Assembly: GCA_028534125.1 (NCBI GenBank)
Contig: CM052817.1
Coordinates: 22,136,001-22,200,000, forward strand
From: Lama glama
Lineage: Eukaryota
Direction: 5' to 3'
DNA length: 64,000 nucleotides
Shown here: one piece after another, positions 11,603-24,606 of the stretch
Layout: each line of letters opens with the position of its first letter
How positions within the stretch are numbered: the first letter of the stretch is position 1
Position numbers and translations under genes: made by a program
The notes under the pieces: model-generated
Told to the model about the DNA's origin: nothing
The model's input: the letters and a program-made list of their open reading frames with translations, nothing else
The model's database searches: none

Positions 11603-12146
11603 TTTTATGAAAATATATTTACATAAAATGTACTATTTTAATCGATTTTAGGTGCACTATTCAATGACATTAATTATATTTACATTGTTGTGCAACTATC
11701 ACCACCATTTATCTCCAAAATGTTTTCATTTTCCTAAACTGAAACTCCGTACTCATTAGACAATAGCTCCCCATCCCTCCCTTCTCCTAGAACCTGGTAA
11801 TCACATTCTGCTTTCCGTCTCTGAATGTAACTCTTCCAGGGACCTCATTTAAGTGGAACCATATAATATTTGTCCTTTTGGTTCTGGTTTATTTCACTTA
11901 GCACAGAAACTTCAAGGTTCATGTTTGGTAGCATGTTTCAGAATTTCGTTCTCTTTTAAGTTTGAGTAATATTCCATTGTATGTATAAACCACATTTTAT
12001 TTATCTGTTTATCCACTGATACACATTTGAGTTGTTTTTGTTTTTTGGCTATTGTGAATAATGCTGCTATGGATATTGGAATACAAATATCTGTTCAATG
12101 CCCTGCCTTCAATTCTTTTGGATATATAGCTAGATGGAATTGGAAT
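11603..12146 (-). mobile_element. L1MB-like LINE-1 3' end
   Basis: acattgttgtgcaactatcaccacc..taagtggaaccatataatatttgtcc..ttatttcacttagca..tttggctattgtgaataatgctgctatg. Confidence 0.88.
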
Positions 12147-12189
12147 TCCCAGTCTAAAATCCTCAGCGGATAAAAATTTATACACCTAA

Positions 12190-12750
12190 TTGCTTTCTGA
12201 CCATTTCCACTTGAATGTCCAATGGATAGTTTAAATTTCATGTATTCAAAACACTCTTTCTGTCTTCCAAACCTTGCCCCAGTATAGTCTGCTTTAGGGA
12301 ATGGTCAGGCCGTGAACTCCAGTGATGCAAATATTAGAATCAATCTTAAGTGGTCTGTTTTTTTCAGGGAGGGTGCTTTTTCATTTATCAGCAAGTCTGC
12401 CCCTAAAATTCATCAGGAATCCATTCCCTTCTGCTCAGATTCATCTGAATCCATACCCTTTCTCTATTTATACTTCTACTACTCTAGCCCAAGTCGCACT
12501 AGTCTCTTCTTTCAGTCGGGTTTAGGAAAATATTCTCCCATTTAATTTCTTTATTTCTACTCTCCTGTGCTTATTCACTTTAGATCCATTCTCCACTCAC
12601 CATTAATGCTGTTATAACTTTCCTTCACACTTAAAAAAAAATCCAAAATGTTTACCATGGCCTCTTACATAAACTGACACTGTCCTCTTAAGACTTCAAG
12701 CTCATCTTAAACCACTTTCCCCTTTATTCACTATGCTTTTTCAGACATGC
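12190..12750 (+). mobile_element. L2 LINE fragment
   Basis: atttccacttgaatgtccaa..ttcatctgaatccatacccttt..atccattctccac..aaaatccaaaatgtttaccatggcct. Confidence 0.7.
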
Positions 12751-12939
12751 TGACTACAGGGTAATTACCAGAAACTTTTTAAAAAAGTGTTAAATTTTAT
12801 ATTCTCATTTTGTTTAGCTATCGGCTTTTTCACCTTCTTTCATTTTTAGATATTCACTTTTGTTTGGGTAGCAACGTGTTCATGGAATAAATCATAATAA
12901 GACAAGCCTGTCAATTTCCTTTCATTTTTTTTATATGTA

Positions 12940-13825
12940 ATTCAGTTAGGGTAGGTAACCCAATTTTGGCCAATGAGGGACTTTTGGGCAGGATTATTTT
13001 TTCTCCCTGAGCAAAATAGGAATAAGAAAAAATATTTTTTCTTCCTGTCTTGAATACCATTGTAGAAAGAAATAATGTTTTGAAAGGTAGCAGTTATAAG
13101 AGTACTAGTGTAAGGACAAAAAAATAAATAAACAACAGCAAAAACCAATGCACTGAAGTTAGCATAAAACATCTGGGTCCTTAATGACAATGGTAAGCAT
13201 CAAAACCAACCTGAAATTTCTTGTAATGGAAAATTAAATATATTGTATTGCTTAAGTTATTGTATCAAATATCTATTGGTTAATAATAAACCACCATAAA
13301 ATTTAGTGGCTTAAATAGCAATTTATTGTTGTGCAAGATTCTACAGGTTGGCTCTGTGGTTCTGTTGATCTGGACAAGGCTTGACTGATCTTAGCTGGAC
13401 TCAGTCAAGCATTCATGGTCATTTAACAGGTCAGCTGCAGTTCACCTTGGTTGACCTGGCCCTTAGCTGTGACATATGTGCTGAATCAACTAAGTTCTAC
13501 AAAAATTTTTATCCTCCAATAGTCTAGCTCAGGCTTGTTCTCATGGTAGTAGGATTCCCACGACCATGAGTTGTAATGTCAAGACCTAGACTCAGAACTG
13601 GCACGCAATCACTTCCACCATACTCTTCTGGCCAGTGAAAGTCACACAGCCAGTCCAGATTAATGTGGAGGAGAAATAGGCTCCACAACTTGATGGAGAG
13701 ATTTGGGGTATCAGATCACAGCAGATAGAGACAGAAGGGGTGGAGTATTGTGACCACATCTGCAGGCAATTTACCAAGGCTGTTGTTGCCTGTGACTTGC
13801 CACAGAATGTGTTCTCATGCTAGCA
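12940..13825 (+). mobile_element. Old MaLR LTR (MLT1J/K-like) interrupted by a younger MLT1
   Basis: acccaattttggccaatgag..ctgggtccttaatgaca..ttcttgtaatggaaaattaaa..ttgcttaag. The terminal part (ctgtgacttgcc) appears to resume after 13776. Confidence 0.55.
13262..13776 (-). mobile_element. MaLR LTR (MLT1G/H-like)
   Basis: aaccaccataaaatttagtggcttaaa..ggctcaggcttgttctcatgg-like segment..cacttccaccatactcttctggcca..aggctccacaacttgatgg..gaccacatctgcaggcaatttacca. Confidence 0.8.
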
Positions 13826-13859
13826 ACTTTTCATTTCTTCCCGATTCCTGGACTATTCT

Positions 13860-14112
13860 TTTCTTTGCCCTTGCCATAAATGATTCATCATGTTTTTATA
13901 GATTGCCACTTATATGTTATTTCCTCAGGAAGACTTTCTCTATCATTTCTCAAGTAGCCCTGTTCTCTCCATCACCTGTTGTTCTAATTCTCTCAGTAGG
14001 ATATAAGCTCAGTGAAGCTGAGGAGTGAGGACGTTATTTTGTTCATGCCAACACTTTGTATACTTCCTATTATATGGCAAATACTCAAGTCTTTTGGTTA
14101 ATTGAATGAATA
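13860..14112 (+). mobile_element. L2 3'-end fragment
   Basis: tcctcaggaagactttctct..tataagctcagtgaag..aaatactcaa..ttgaatgaat. Confidence 0.55.
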
Positions 14113-16270
14113 AAAGAATAAATGTACAATTATTGTAATGAATGGAGTGAAATTTGTATTGACTTAACCTGTTTTATATGCTCAGGAAAGAAGGGCTTAT
14201 TATTAATTTAAAAAATAGTAATGAGAGGGAAAAATCATGTCTCAAATCTGTTTCCCCAGTCTTTGTGTGGGTGTGTATGTATGTTTGGGAGAGAGTTTTT
14301 TCTTGGTGGGGGAGGCAAATTGGAATAAATATATCCTGTGCCTTTCAATTTCCAGGACTCTGTTTAAATATTTTTCCCTGTGTAAAATACATATACAGCA
14401 TTTCTACTTTTCTACTTTTCAATATTTATTCTTTTTTATTGACCATATCAAATGACACATCTGCCAAGAAAAATCGGGGGTTATCTACCACACATGCTGG
14501 CTTCTTCCATTGAGTCCCTCCGATGCTCTCTTTGTATCTCTGGCTTACCCTTTTTTATCTGTCATCCAAACCTGTCCCTCGAAGTCAGGAAGCAAGTTCC
14601 TGAAAGTCAAAGCCCATCTTACTTATTCTCTCAGTTACCATAAATTTCAATATGTATATGACAAGTTATGGATAAATATTTACCTTAAAGTATATGATCA
14701 TTTTGCCTTATACTATAGGATAAGAGTCTGATTTAATCTTGAAACTAATTGTAAGATAAAAAGCAGTGTTTGTTTTTTGCCTTATTAAGTTTGATTCTGC
14801 TACTTAACACTTAAAGTCCCTGTGTGGTCTCTAAACAAGCCACTTACCTTTTGTAATTTTGCAACAATATTGCTTAGACACGTCAGTTCAGTAGCCTGGT
14901 TTGCTTCTCCTAGCATTTGTTCAAAGCCTGTTCCATGTCCCTACTTCGGTTGGTTTTGTCTCCTTCATTATATCTTATTTCCCATTATGCTACCTTCCAA
15001 TCACTGAATTCCATTCCCACTGGCTCAGTGCTGGGACCTCATCTTTCCCAAATTCCCAGAACCTTCCAAGATAAACACCTTCAATTACAATCACTTCTCA
15101 CCTCTTCAACAGAGGCCCCTAACAATAAACAACTTACTCAATAGGTAGTTGAAGAATGATTCTCAGATGTGCTTAGTGTAGCAGAGAACTGGGATGTAAT
15201 ACCGTTTTTATTTATTGAACTCCCATTAGTCTCCACACTGTAGAGGACTAGACTGCTTAATATTTCCCTAGAAGCATAGTTTCAGCAGTGTGATATCTAG
15301 CAAAACAATGTGCTGCAATATTAAATATATTCCATCATATACTAAGAAACCATTCTAAAAGCATAATAAATTAAACATGACTATGATATCAAAATAAGTT
15401 AACAAACAATAAACACATAGAATGTGAGGAAACTCCAGGAATTTTTAGATTTTGATTTCAGTATTTATATCATGCATTTAGAAAAATGTAATCTTAAATT
15501 GTAAGTGGTGTTAGAGGATGAGAAGCTGAAAGCAGGCTTCAAATATACACAATTCCCAAAACAAGGGGATTTAGTAATGTATATATATAAACATACTGCA
15601 GGGAAAAAGACAAGGCTTAAGGTGTACGTAGGCTTCCCCATTCTGTCACTTATCTTCCTTCTTCCTTTTTACACCCTGTGTCCTACAGCCCACGCACTGT
15701 TCTGCTTCCTGCTCTTGAAGAGTCTTGCACTAGGACTTAACAAATATTTAAAAATATAATAAAAATCTTAATTTTTTCCCAAGGATATCCAAATATTAGT
15801 TTGCTACAACTGAAAGCCAAACAGGTACCAAACATTTCAAAACAAATAAACAAACACACAAAAACAGCAACAAAAAGTAACATTCTGTAGAAGGATTAAC
15901 AAAGGTTTCACTGTATATGGACAAAGAGCTCTGCCTGGGCTCTGCTTTAGATTTCTCCATGGAGGTCATTGTCTGTTTGCCTGTTTATTAAGTAAACTGC
16001 TTACCTGGACTGTACAAACTATTGGAAACCCTTAGTTATGTTTCCTTCCTTCTGTATTACTAAAAGTCACATGTATGAGAAAGAAGAGAGGGTGGAAAGT
16101 GGGAGAAGTGTGGAGAGGTTAAGAGAAGAAGAAGAGAAAAAGCAAAGAACAATTTTAACAAAATCAATACTGACACAGGTAAAATTGAAATAATTCAGAA
16201 AACTACTACATACAACAAACTATATTGTAAAACTGTGAAAGAATAAAAAAGTCTACTTTAAAATAATTGT

Positions 16271-16302
16271 TCTCTCTCCCTCTCTCTGTCTCTCTCTCTC
16301 TC

Positions 16303-16345
<43 letters not shown>
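16271..16345. repeat. Compound (TC)n(CA)n microsatellite
   Basis: An imperfect TC run followed by an uninterrupted CA run at 16308-16345. Confidence 0.97.
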
Positions 16346-16347
<2 letters not shown>

Positions 16348-16467
16348 TACTCCAGTCCACTCACAAACTTCCATTTACAAAATAGTAGACTAGAATGCCC
16401 AGGGTAGACCTAATCATTCTGATACCTTATTGGAGATGTCAATGTTTCTACAAAAAGTCCCCAGCAG

Positions 16468-17242
16468 GGACTTCCGGGCAAGATGGCGGAGTAGAAGGAC
16501 GCTTGTAAGTCACCCTCTCCCACAAATACACCAAGACCCACATCTACAGACCCACTCAGCCAACCAGAGCACCTGCGGAACTCCGACAGAACATCGCCCT
16601 CTTCAAAAGNNNNNNNNNNNNNNNNNNNNNNNNNNNNNNNNNNNNNNNNNNNNNNNNNNNNNNNNNNNNNNNNNNNNNNNNNNNNNNNNNNNNNNNNNNN
16701 NNNNNNNNNNNNNNNNNNNNNNNNNNNNNNNNNNNNNNNNNNNNNNNNNNNNNNNNNNNNNNNNNNNNNNNNNNNNNNNNNNNNNNNNNNNNNNNNNNNN
16801 NNNNNNNNNNNNNNNNNNNNNNNNNNNNNNNNNNNNNNNNNNNNNNNNNNNNNNNNNNNNNNNNNNNNNNNNNNNNNNNNNNNNNNNNNNNNNNNNNNNN
16901 NNNNNNNNNNNNNNNNNNNNNNNNNNNNNNNNNNNNNNNNNNNNNNNNNNNNNNNNNNNNNNNNNNNNNNNNNNNNNNNNNNNNNNNNNNNNNNNNNNNN
17001 NNNNNNNNNNNNNNNNNNNNNNNNNNNNNNNNNNNNNNNNNNNNNNNNNNNNNNNNNNNNNNNNNNNNNNNNNNNNNNNNNNNNNNNNNNNNNNNNNNNN
17101 NNNNNNNNNATAAATCACAGAGAAAAAAATGTGACAATGAGTGTGTATATGTCCATGAATGACTGAAAAATTGTGCTGAACACTGGAATTTGACACAACA
17201 CTGTAAAATGATTATGAATCAATAAAAAATGTAAAAAAAAAA
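16468..17242 (+). mobile_element. Young, apparently full-length LINE-1 with its interior lost in an assembly gap
   Basis: 5' end ggacttccgggcaagatggcgg (YY1 motif, CpGs retained), 3' UTR ending aatcaataaaaaatgt plus poly(A), and identical 16-bp TSD aaaaagtccccagcag at 16452-16467 and 17243-17258. Confidence 0.92.
16610..17109. other. Assembly gap (500 N)
   Basis: Run of N. Confidence 1.
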
Positions 17243-17921
17243 AAAAAGTCCCCAGCAGTATCTCCCCTGCCCATTATTTACCACAGCTCTTGATTACAAC
17301 CTCTGGGAAGTTATTCCTTTCCCTTTATCTTCCTTAAATAAATCTGAAGAGGGTCAAAAGTCATTTTAAGTCTCACAATATTCTAATTTCTTTTAATTCA
17401 GGATCGTGCATCTATTGGCAGTTTAATTTTCAAAAACTGTAATGACTTAAAAAATTATTTTATTATGGTCAACTTACTGTGCCTATAGTTGCATCCATGA
17501 TCATTTTCCATATGCTAGTCTATTACTAAATTAAATTACAGGTTCATTACATTAGCAGGCTTTCAAGGAAGGGTACATCCTTAGGCTCTTGTCTCTGAGC
17601 CCTTTTGTCCAACAGAAAGGAATTACTAGATGTTGCTTATTTAATTGATTGATTTCAACAAGGTTATGAAGGCTACACTCTTAATTTTTTAATCAAAGGC
17701 TGAGTCTTACTTAGCCTTTGCCACTCAAAAACATTTTTAATTTATCTCTTAGAAGTTGGGTATAAGAAAAACATATCATTTTAATCCTGCAATTCCATAA
17801 TTTCTGGGTTTTCTCTCTCTGTAATTTTGCTTGTCACTGAGCAGGACCCTATTGTCATCGGTCACCATATGGTATTTGTAATGCTTAGTTATAATAGTTT
17901 AAGTGGCTTTTCGCATGCTTT

Positions 17922-18573
17922 TGCTGACCAGCATTAGGCTGGAGGGCTGGGGGGAGCTTGGGTAGATCATCCCCCTTATTTGCTCCTGACACCTCAGAAA
18001 CAGCAGTTGGGTGTTTTGTTTATCTTGCTGTTCATAACTCACCTCAACTGCGCATGTCTGAAGTTATTTTTAGCCCCTTATGGTTCCTTTGTATTCTGTT
18101 GCCCCAGCCTGTGCAGAGGCTGCAGCAGGAGATCTCAGGCCTCTGCCCGCTAAAATGCCAGAAGCATATACCCACCTGACTTTAAACCGCACATGTTTTT
18201 CTCGAGAGCACTTTTCCACAGACCCCTTTCCTAAGCACATTTGTTCTGGACACAAGGATGTTAGAGGAGTTCCAGAGATGGGAGTGAACATCACACCCAG
18301 CAGAAAGGGGGCTGATGCATCTGCAGAAACAAGGACAGCTTTGCAGCAAGCTGTTACCTGTGTGTGATCTCTATGGAAACCAGCACCACCCTTTGAACTC
18401 TTATTATAAAAATCCCATACCTTCTCTCCCCTCTGTGAAGGCTCACGGTTTTGCAGGCATTAGCTGACTGTGACCTCCTTTGCCTGGAAAAGAAATTAAG
18501 CTGCCTTTTCTACTTCATCCAAAACTCTGTCCTTAATTCGCTAAGTGTGATAGGAGATCGAGTTTTGGCAACA
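17922..18573 (+). mobile_element. Solo ERV LTR (ERV1-like)
   Basis: TG...CA termini (tgctgacc...ggcaaca), TATA-like tataaaaa at ~18405, poly(A)-signal region followed by ttttctacttcatccaaaactctgtc. Flanks are tgcttt / tgctta. Confidence 0.85.
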
Positions 18574-19144
18574 TGCTTATTAACCGGGCAATTACTTTCT
18601 ACCTCCTGTTTTTCTTATGGTACCTTTTCAAATGCAGCTAATGATGATTGAGGAATCAAGTAATATGCTAATAGCATGCTCATGTGCTTAATCAATTGTC
18701 TTTGAAATACTTAATTTTATCAAATGGTTTGTCTCTGCATTTCATTCAGCCTCTAATAATAAATTCCTTGCTGCCTGGAGCTTGACCCCAAAACAAAAGC
18801 CTCATTATTGAACAAAAGTTTTCTATTTCTGGCTACCAAGTTCTTCATTAGTTAGCTTCCAGGCTGAGCCGTGGTTTCAAAGAAACTGAAATTCCCAAAA
18901 TATTAATGGGGAAAAAATGTTTACTTCTTGTTTTGATTACATGTTAGTTATCAATAGACTGCTGTTCTGTTCCATCCTCTCTTTAATCCAGAGCCTGAGG
19001 TGAAGAGGCACCAGTACACTTTGTGCTTCTGAGCACATGTTGGCCTCCAAATAGAGAGGAGAGAGCTGTAGTAGAGTCAAGAAATGGCTCTTCAGGCTTT
19101 TATTCAAAATGTGCATACTTTCACTCATGGTCTGTTAACCCAAG

Positions 19145-19521
19145 TGTTATGGACTGAATTGTGTCCCCCCAAAATATTGAATCCCTAACTCCCAGTGTGA
19201 TTGTATTTGGAGACGGGGTCTTTAAGGATGTAGTTAAGGTTAATGAGGTGATAAATGTGGAGCTCTAATCCACTATGACTGGTGTCCTTATAAGGAAAGA
19301 GCGGCATCAAGGATGCACACCCACGGAAAGTAGGTCATATGAAGACACGGGGAGGAGTCAGCTTTCTGCGAGACAGGAAGAGAAACCTCAGTAGAAACCA
19401 AACCTGCCCAAAATTTGGTCTTGGACTTTGACCCTCCAGAACTGTGGGAAAATAAATTTTCATTGCTTCAACCTCACCAATTTGTGGTATTTTGTTATGA
19501 CAACTTGAGCAGACTAATACA
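19145..19521 (+). mobile_element. Complete MaLR solo LTR (MLT1A/B-like)
   Basis: tgttatggactgaattgtgtcc ... gactggtgtccttataag ... cctccagaactgtg ... gactaataca, with a 5-bp TSD ccaag / ccaac. Confidence 0.92.
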
Positions 19522-21046
19522 CCAACTTTGTAACATGCTCAAGACTGACAACAGTGGGATGAGGAAGTATATTCTTCCCCTGGGGAGTCAGTGAGTAGTG
19601 AACGTTACGTGGTATTCAGCAGAAATGTATGAATCACTTCAACAGAGGACAGTAATCATTTTGAACAATAATGCTACCTAGCACAGGGTTTTCCTGCTGG
19701 TTAATAGTGAGCAGACATGAAAGCAATTTTAAAGTTGGTTCTAGGCCTTTATTATCTCAACTAGTTTAACAAAGTTCCAAAACTCTAGTATCAGTGAGCT
19801 TTTTGATGGAGTAAAAATGATTAAAACAAAAGAAAACGAAAAAGGTTTTTGGAAATAAAAACTGAAAAATTATAATGATTCCAAAGCAAAGATATTAGAA
19901 ACCCATTCAAATCTGTACTTATTGACATGAAACATTAACTGGGGAGATGTCAGTTGTAGGTGCATCTTTGTTTGGACTGATGTGTGACATCTCCAGTATT
20001 AAAGAGTCTTGTATGCCATGTTTATATTTTAACACTTAATATCTGTTGTTGCCTGTTAGTTAATGTAAGTATATAAATATTAGTCAGTTATGGCCCTTGT
20101 CCTTCAAGGAAGATTTAACCTTGAAAGAAAGATGGAGGTGGAAAAAATAAATTAAGAAGCATGAATAATAAAAGCAGAAACTTACGGGAAAGGTAAGATA
20201 ATAGTAAGATAGTAGAGATAATAGAGATTGGTATTTCAAGAAGAAAAGGATAATTAAAACTAAAATAAATTTTAAGATCCATTTTTTGTTGATTTATGTC
20301 AAAGTAGCAGGGTGTTATAAACTACTCCATCTTACAAAATTTTATGACTTAATTCAGTCCTGCAAATACCTGAAAGTGGGGAGTGATACTTCCTTTTCTC
20401 CCACTTGCTCCCACCCCTAGTAATTAGGGGACCAGAGGACCACCTCCTTCTTTTCCTTTCAGATTTACTGGCATCCTGTTGTGTGACTGGTTCATAATGA
20501 GGGCACTAATGGTCTATATTTATATGATCTGAACAACCATATATTGGCATATATAAAGGTGAGGAGGCAAATCTGATTGTACTCTTTTGCTCCTTCAAAA
20601 TCTGCTTCTAGCATTGAGAGCAGAGCTCTAAAACTGGTTATGTAAACAGAAGTGGCTTCATAAAACTGTTTCAGCATCCACTGAAATTTAGAAGTTCCAG
20701 ATCCCCTACTGCTTCTTCAACTGGAGTTCCATCTCTTTGTTTATCTGATTTCCATATTAAACGTCCTCAAAAGCTTTATTTTGAAAAAGAAAATCCATAG
20801 CTAAAATTTGCTTGAGGACTATCCATGAAACTTTTTAGTTTAACATACAGGATTTTTGTGGTCTGTTTTTTGTCTTTCTTTCTCCTTATAACTGTCTTGA
20901 AACATTGTGTTGATTTTATTCAAAATGCTTCCTTTGCCTAGATGCTTCCTTCCACCCACAACCTTTTCACTTTCACACCACTTATCACACTGTCCTACAT
21001 CCATTTACCTAACAGTGAGGAGAACAAAAAGTCACCAATGACCATG

Positions 21047-21558
21047 TGTTACCGAGTCCAAACTTGTTCTGCTCACCATGCAACAGACCAATAAATTGGA
21101 ATACAAGGTTTTAGGGCAAAGTATAACGACTTTACTAGGAAAGCCAGCAGACTAAGAAGATGGCAGACTAATGTCCTAGAGAACCATCTTCCCCAAGTCA
21201 AAATTCAGACTTGTTTTATACTAAAAAGAGGAGGGGGTGTGGTTGTTGCAAACTTCTTGGTGTCAGAATTCTTTGTTCCTGCAGCTGTCCACATGGGTCA
21301 AGTCATGGTGTCTCTGTAAACCTCCAACAAGACAAATGTTATTTCTATTCTGCAATTTATTATCTTTATATAGAAAAGTGTTGATACCCTTAAAGGTCAA
21401 AGCCTTGAGAACAGGCTCTCCTGTATATTTTAGGCTATTGGCAGCATTGTTTTACAAAAGGTGCAGGACCAGCAAGACTAAGCCCAGGAAATAGGGCATA
21501 GGGTTAGAGACAAAGAAACAGATCTAATATGGAGTCAGATTTGTTCTTTTCTTCTACA
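21047..21558 (-). mobile_element. Solo ERV1 LTR (MER34/LTR39-like)
   Basis: Termini tgttaccgag ... ttctaca, perfect 4-bp TSD catg (21043-21046 and 21559-21562), and aatatggagtc near the U3 end. Confidence 0.9.
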
Positions 21559-21799
21559 CATGGACCAAAGGCACAGGGACAAATTTGCTAGTTGGGAATG
21601 TACCTCAAGGGTATCAAAAGGTTTTTAGTGTCTATATAATAAGAAAGAAGCAAATGTTTTTAAAAGCACTTAAAACTGGATTAAATTGTGATATGTAAGT
21701 GACAGTTCTAAAACTTCAAACTTCAGAGCTTAGCTTTGTCTTGGCTATGGCTTATCCTCTGCAGGATTTTGGCCCAAATAGCTAGAAGTTTTAGCCTTG

Positions 21800-22170
21800 A
21801 TCTGTGTGGCAATTTATAATCTCAAAACAGAGGGGCTCAGAAATGGAAAATTGAGGCCCAGAGAAGTCAGGAAAATGTGGTGTTAGAAGAAAGGGAACCC
21901 TTAAAACATCAATTGATCTTCCTCCTACCTCTAAATTGAATAGTCCCTAAATTATCTCATATTCGCTGCATCGAACAAGAAATAAAATTCTGTGGACAGC
22001 ATGGTCCTCTGACTAGCAATCTCGCCAGAAATCTGCAGACAGAAATCCCTTCTTCATGTCTCTCATTTGAAGTCTAAGTTATTCCCAGCGTCAGTGAAGG
22101 CAGCAAACAGCTGTTCATCTTCCTTAAAATCTCCATATATTTCACAACAACTCTATTAACAGTCCTTCCT
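21800..22170 (-). mobile_element. MIR and L3/CR1-like degraded fragments
   Basis: atggaaaattgaggcccagagaagt (MIR core), followed by tgttaga..aagggaacccttaaaacatc and further L3-like sequence. Confidence 0.4.
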
Positions 22171-23320
22171 GTCTCTACCTTGAGCTGATATCCGATGATA
22201 TTTTATTATTATTTTAGGATTAGCATTTATCTTACACAATTAGCCGCTTTTTCATATTAATGCTGTACGTCTCTCTACAAGGAGTTTTGTAGGTCATGAT
22301 ATAAGTCAGTCCAACATGAAGATGAATTGCTAGGAAGAGGGAAAAAAATAGCAAAAAGTGGAATTGATGAATTGGGAAAGAAAATGGTTAGGTCAGGTTA
22401 GCTAATGAGCCAAGAAAGTGAGAACATTTATTTACAGACTTTCTCTTTTCTTTATGCATCTATAAAGTATTTCCATTAAACAACCTGGGCTTGCTAATGT
22501 GTAATAAGAAAAAAATATGAGGACTATTTTACTTTCCCTAATTATCCTGGCAATCATCTACCAAAACTAATAATAAAAAAGAACATGATATGATTCTTCT
22601 ACAGCTGGCTGAATTTAGTGAAATTAAAAATAAAGTGTTATTGACATTAGCTTCAGAAGATAAAGATCCAAAGCAGTGATTTAACCAGAAAGTGATTAAA
22701 TTCCATGGATATATATGATGGGTCCTGTGTCTGAAAGATTTTTATATTGACTGTTCTTATGGAAAACTCCTTGTTCTAAAAACTCCCTAAATAAATTACT
22801 AACAGTAATCTAAAGCAAGGGCTAATATAGATGCTACTTTCACAGCTCAAGGATAAAATATTTGTTTAAGAAATAGGTGTGCTAGACTTTCCCTGAGACT
22901 TTTTCTATAATTAATAAGTTGATTAATTATATGTGTACTATGAATGATGGTGTCCTGATAATGATTACTGACCCATATGCATTTCCCAAACTACTGCAAA
23001 CTTCAGAAATTCAATTACAAGGTCCAGGTGCTGTATATTGCATATGTAAACTGCTTCAGGTAGAAGATTGCATATTAATAACATCATCTATGTGGGCTAG
23101 CTCTGCAACCCAGTGACTTTTTTGAAAAAATATCTCTTGAAGAAAGCAAATGGTAAACAGAAACTAAACTGTTCCAAGTTTATTTCAACCTTCAAGTACA
23201 TTACACTTTTACTCATCATTAGGATTTTTGTTTTAATTATTAAAATCTCAGATACTTTTGTTAGAGATATTTGATATGATTAATATCTTTCAAAGGTAAA
23301 AACAGGTTTCTAACCATGTA

Positions 23321-23616
23321 CTTTTTTTTTAATTGAAAGTAGAGTCAGTTACAATTCTGGTGTACAATATAATGCTTCAGTTATACATATATTAGTTTTC
23401 ATATTATTTTTATTATAGGTCACTACAAGATACTGAATATAGTTCCCTGTGCTATACAGAAGAAATTTGTTCTTTTATCTATTTTATATATAGTAGTTAA
23501 TATTTGCAAATCTCAAACTTCCAATTTATTCTTTCCTACCTCCTTCCCCCCAATAACCGTAAGTTTGTTACTATGTCTATGAGTCTCTTTCTGTTTTGTA
23601 GATAAGTTCATTAGTG
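23321..23616 (-). mobile_element. 5'-truncated lineage-specific L1 3' end
   Basis: Poly(T), then aattgaaagtagagtcagttacaa..gaatatagttccctgtgctataca..gataagttcatt. TSD tctaaccatgta at 23309-23320 and 23617-23628. Confidence 0.92.
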
Positions 23617-23849
23617 TCTAACCATGTATTCTTGATATCTTAGAAACAGTATGTCATTTTTATAAGCCCAAACTGACTTCCATCTGACTCTACAGAGTCC
23701 AAAACAGCAACTGATATTTTTGGAAACATGCAAAAGCCAACCTTTTGTTAAAAAAGGAACAAGAACTGAAACCTTCATATCCAGTAGTTGACATGTGTAA
23801 ATTAATTTTTTAAACACTGAAATTTAGTAAGTTTTGCTATTTATAATTT

Positions 23850-23990
23850 TTCATTCAAGTTAATCATTTACTCATCACATATTTACTGGGTACCTCCTAA
23901 GAGCCAGGGTTGGCACTAAGCATCTCAAGTACAAAGTAAAGCTGTGTGCCTTCCCCGCACTTAAGGAGACAGTTACACAAGTGATATAGT
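23850..23990 (-). mobile_element. L2 fragment
   Basis: tcattcaagttaatcatttactcatcacatatttactgggtacctcctaagagccagg. Confidence 0.55.
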
Positions 23991-23994
23991 GAAG

Positions 23995-24462
23995 AATTGC
24001 AGTGGAGCTTGTTAAAAATGTGGAATTCAGGGCCCTAGCCATAGAGACTTCCAGTTATACTGAGACCATCCTGACAATAGGTGTGATCATTGGTGATTTT
24101 GATATGATAGCCTATGAAAAATATTTTGAGGTAGACTTGCCCAAAGAATGGAGAAATACCTGAACAGCCATCTGATGCACGGCCATCCTTCCTCATGTGG
24201 TTCCTGAGAGAGAAAGACAGATTAAGGGAAAACTATCAAAAACAAGTTCTCTCCTTTTTTGTCCTCTCTTTGTCTACCACTTCAGTCCACATCTCATCTT
24301 CCTTTTTATGGTTTCCTGTTAATCAAGGAAATAAGGTATTCAGAGTCTCATCCCAGACCAGCTGAATCAGAGCCTCCAGGTGAAGCAAAGATCTAAGATC
24401 TACTTTTCATTCTTTTTCTCCCTTCCTTTTATTTTTAATCTCTGGTTGGAGAAGCACTGGTC
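23995..24462. mobile_element. MER5-like hAT-Charlie fragments (two degraded pieces)
   Basis: ggagcttgttaaaaatgtggaattcagggccc at ~24004, and catcccagaccagctgaatcagagcctccagg..ggttggagaagcactg at 24350-24460. Confidence 0.5.
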
Positions 24463-24464
24463 TT

Positions 24465-24606
24465 ACAAATGAGCCTGACTCTGAATTTCCATAGTGATGT
24501 AACCTTAGGCAAATCAATTACACTTTTTGAGCTTTGATTTGTTCTTTATCTATATAATGGGATTTTTTACTAAATGTTCCCTAAGGTCTTTCCAGCTCTA
24601 ATATTT
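24465..24606 (+). mobile_element. MIR/MIR3 fragment
   Basis: tgtaaccttaggcaaatcaattac..ctttatctatataatggg..taaggtctttccagctctaatatt. Confidence 0.7.

Noticed and set aside
14840..14852. Strong minus-strand donor (aag|gtaagt)
   Set aside because: It falls in a degenerate MIR-like core (caagccactta) and no convincing exon was found.
16430..17196. The three longest ORFs (193-227 aa)
   Set aside because: Artefacts of translating through the 500-N gap.
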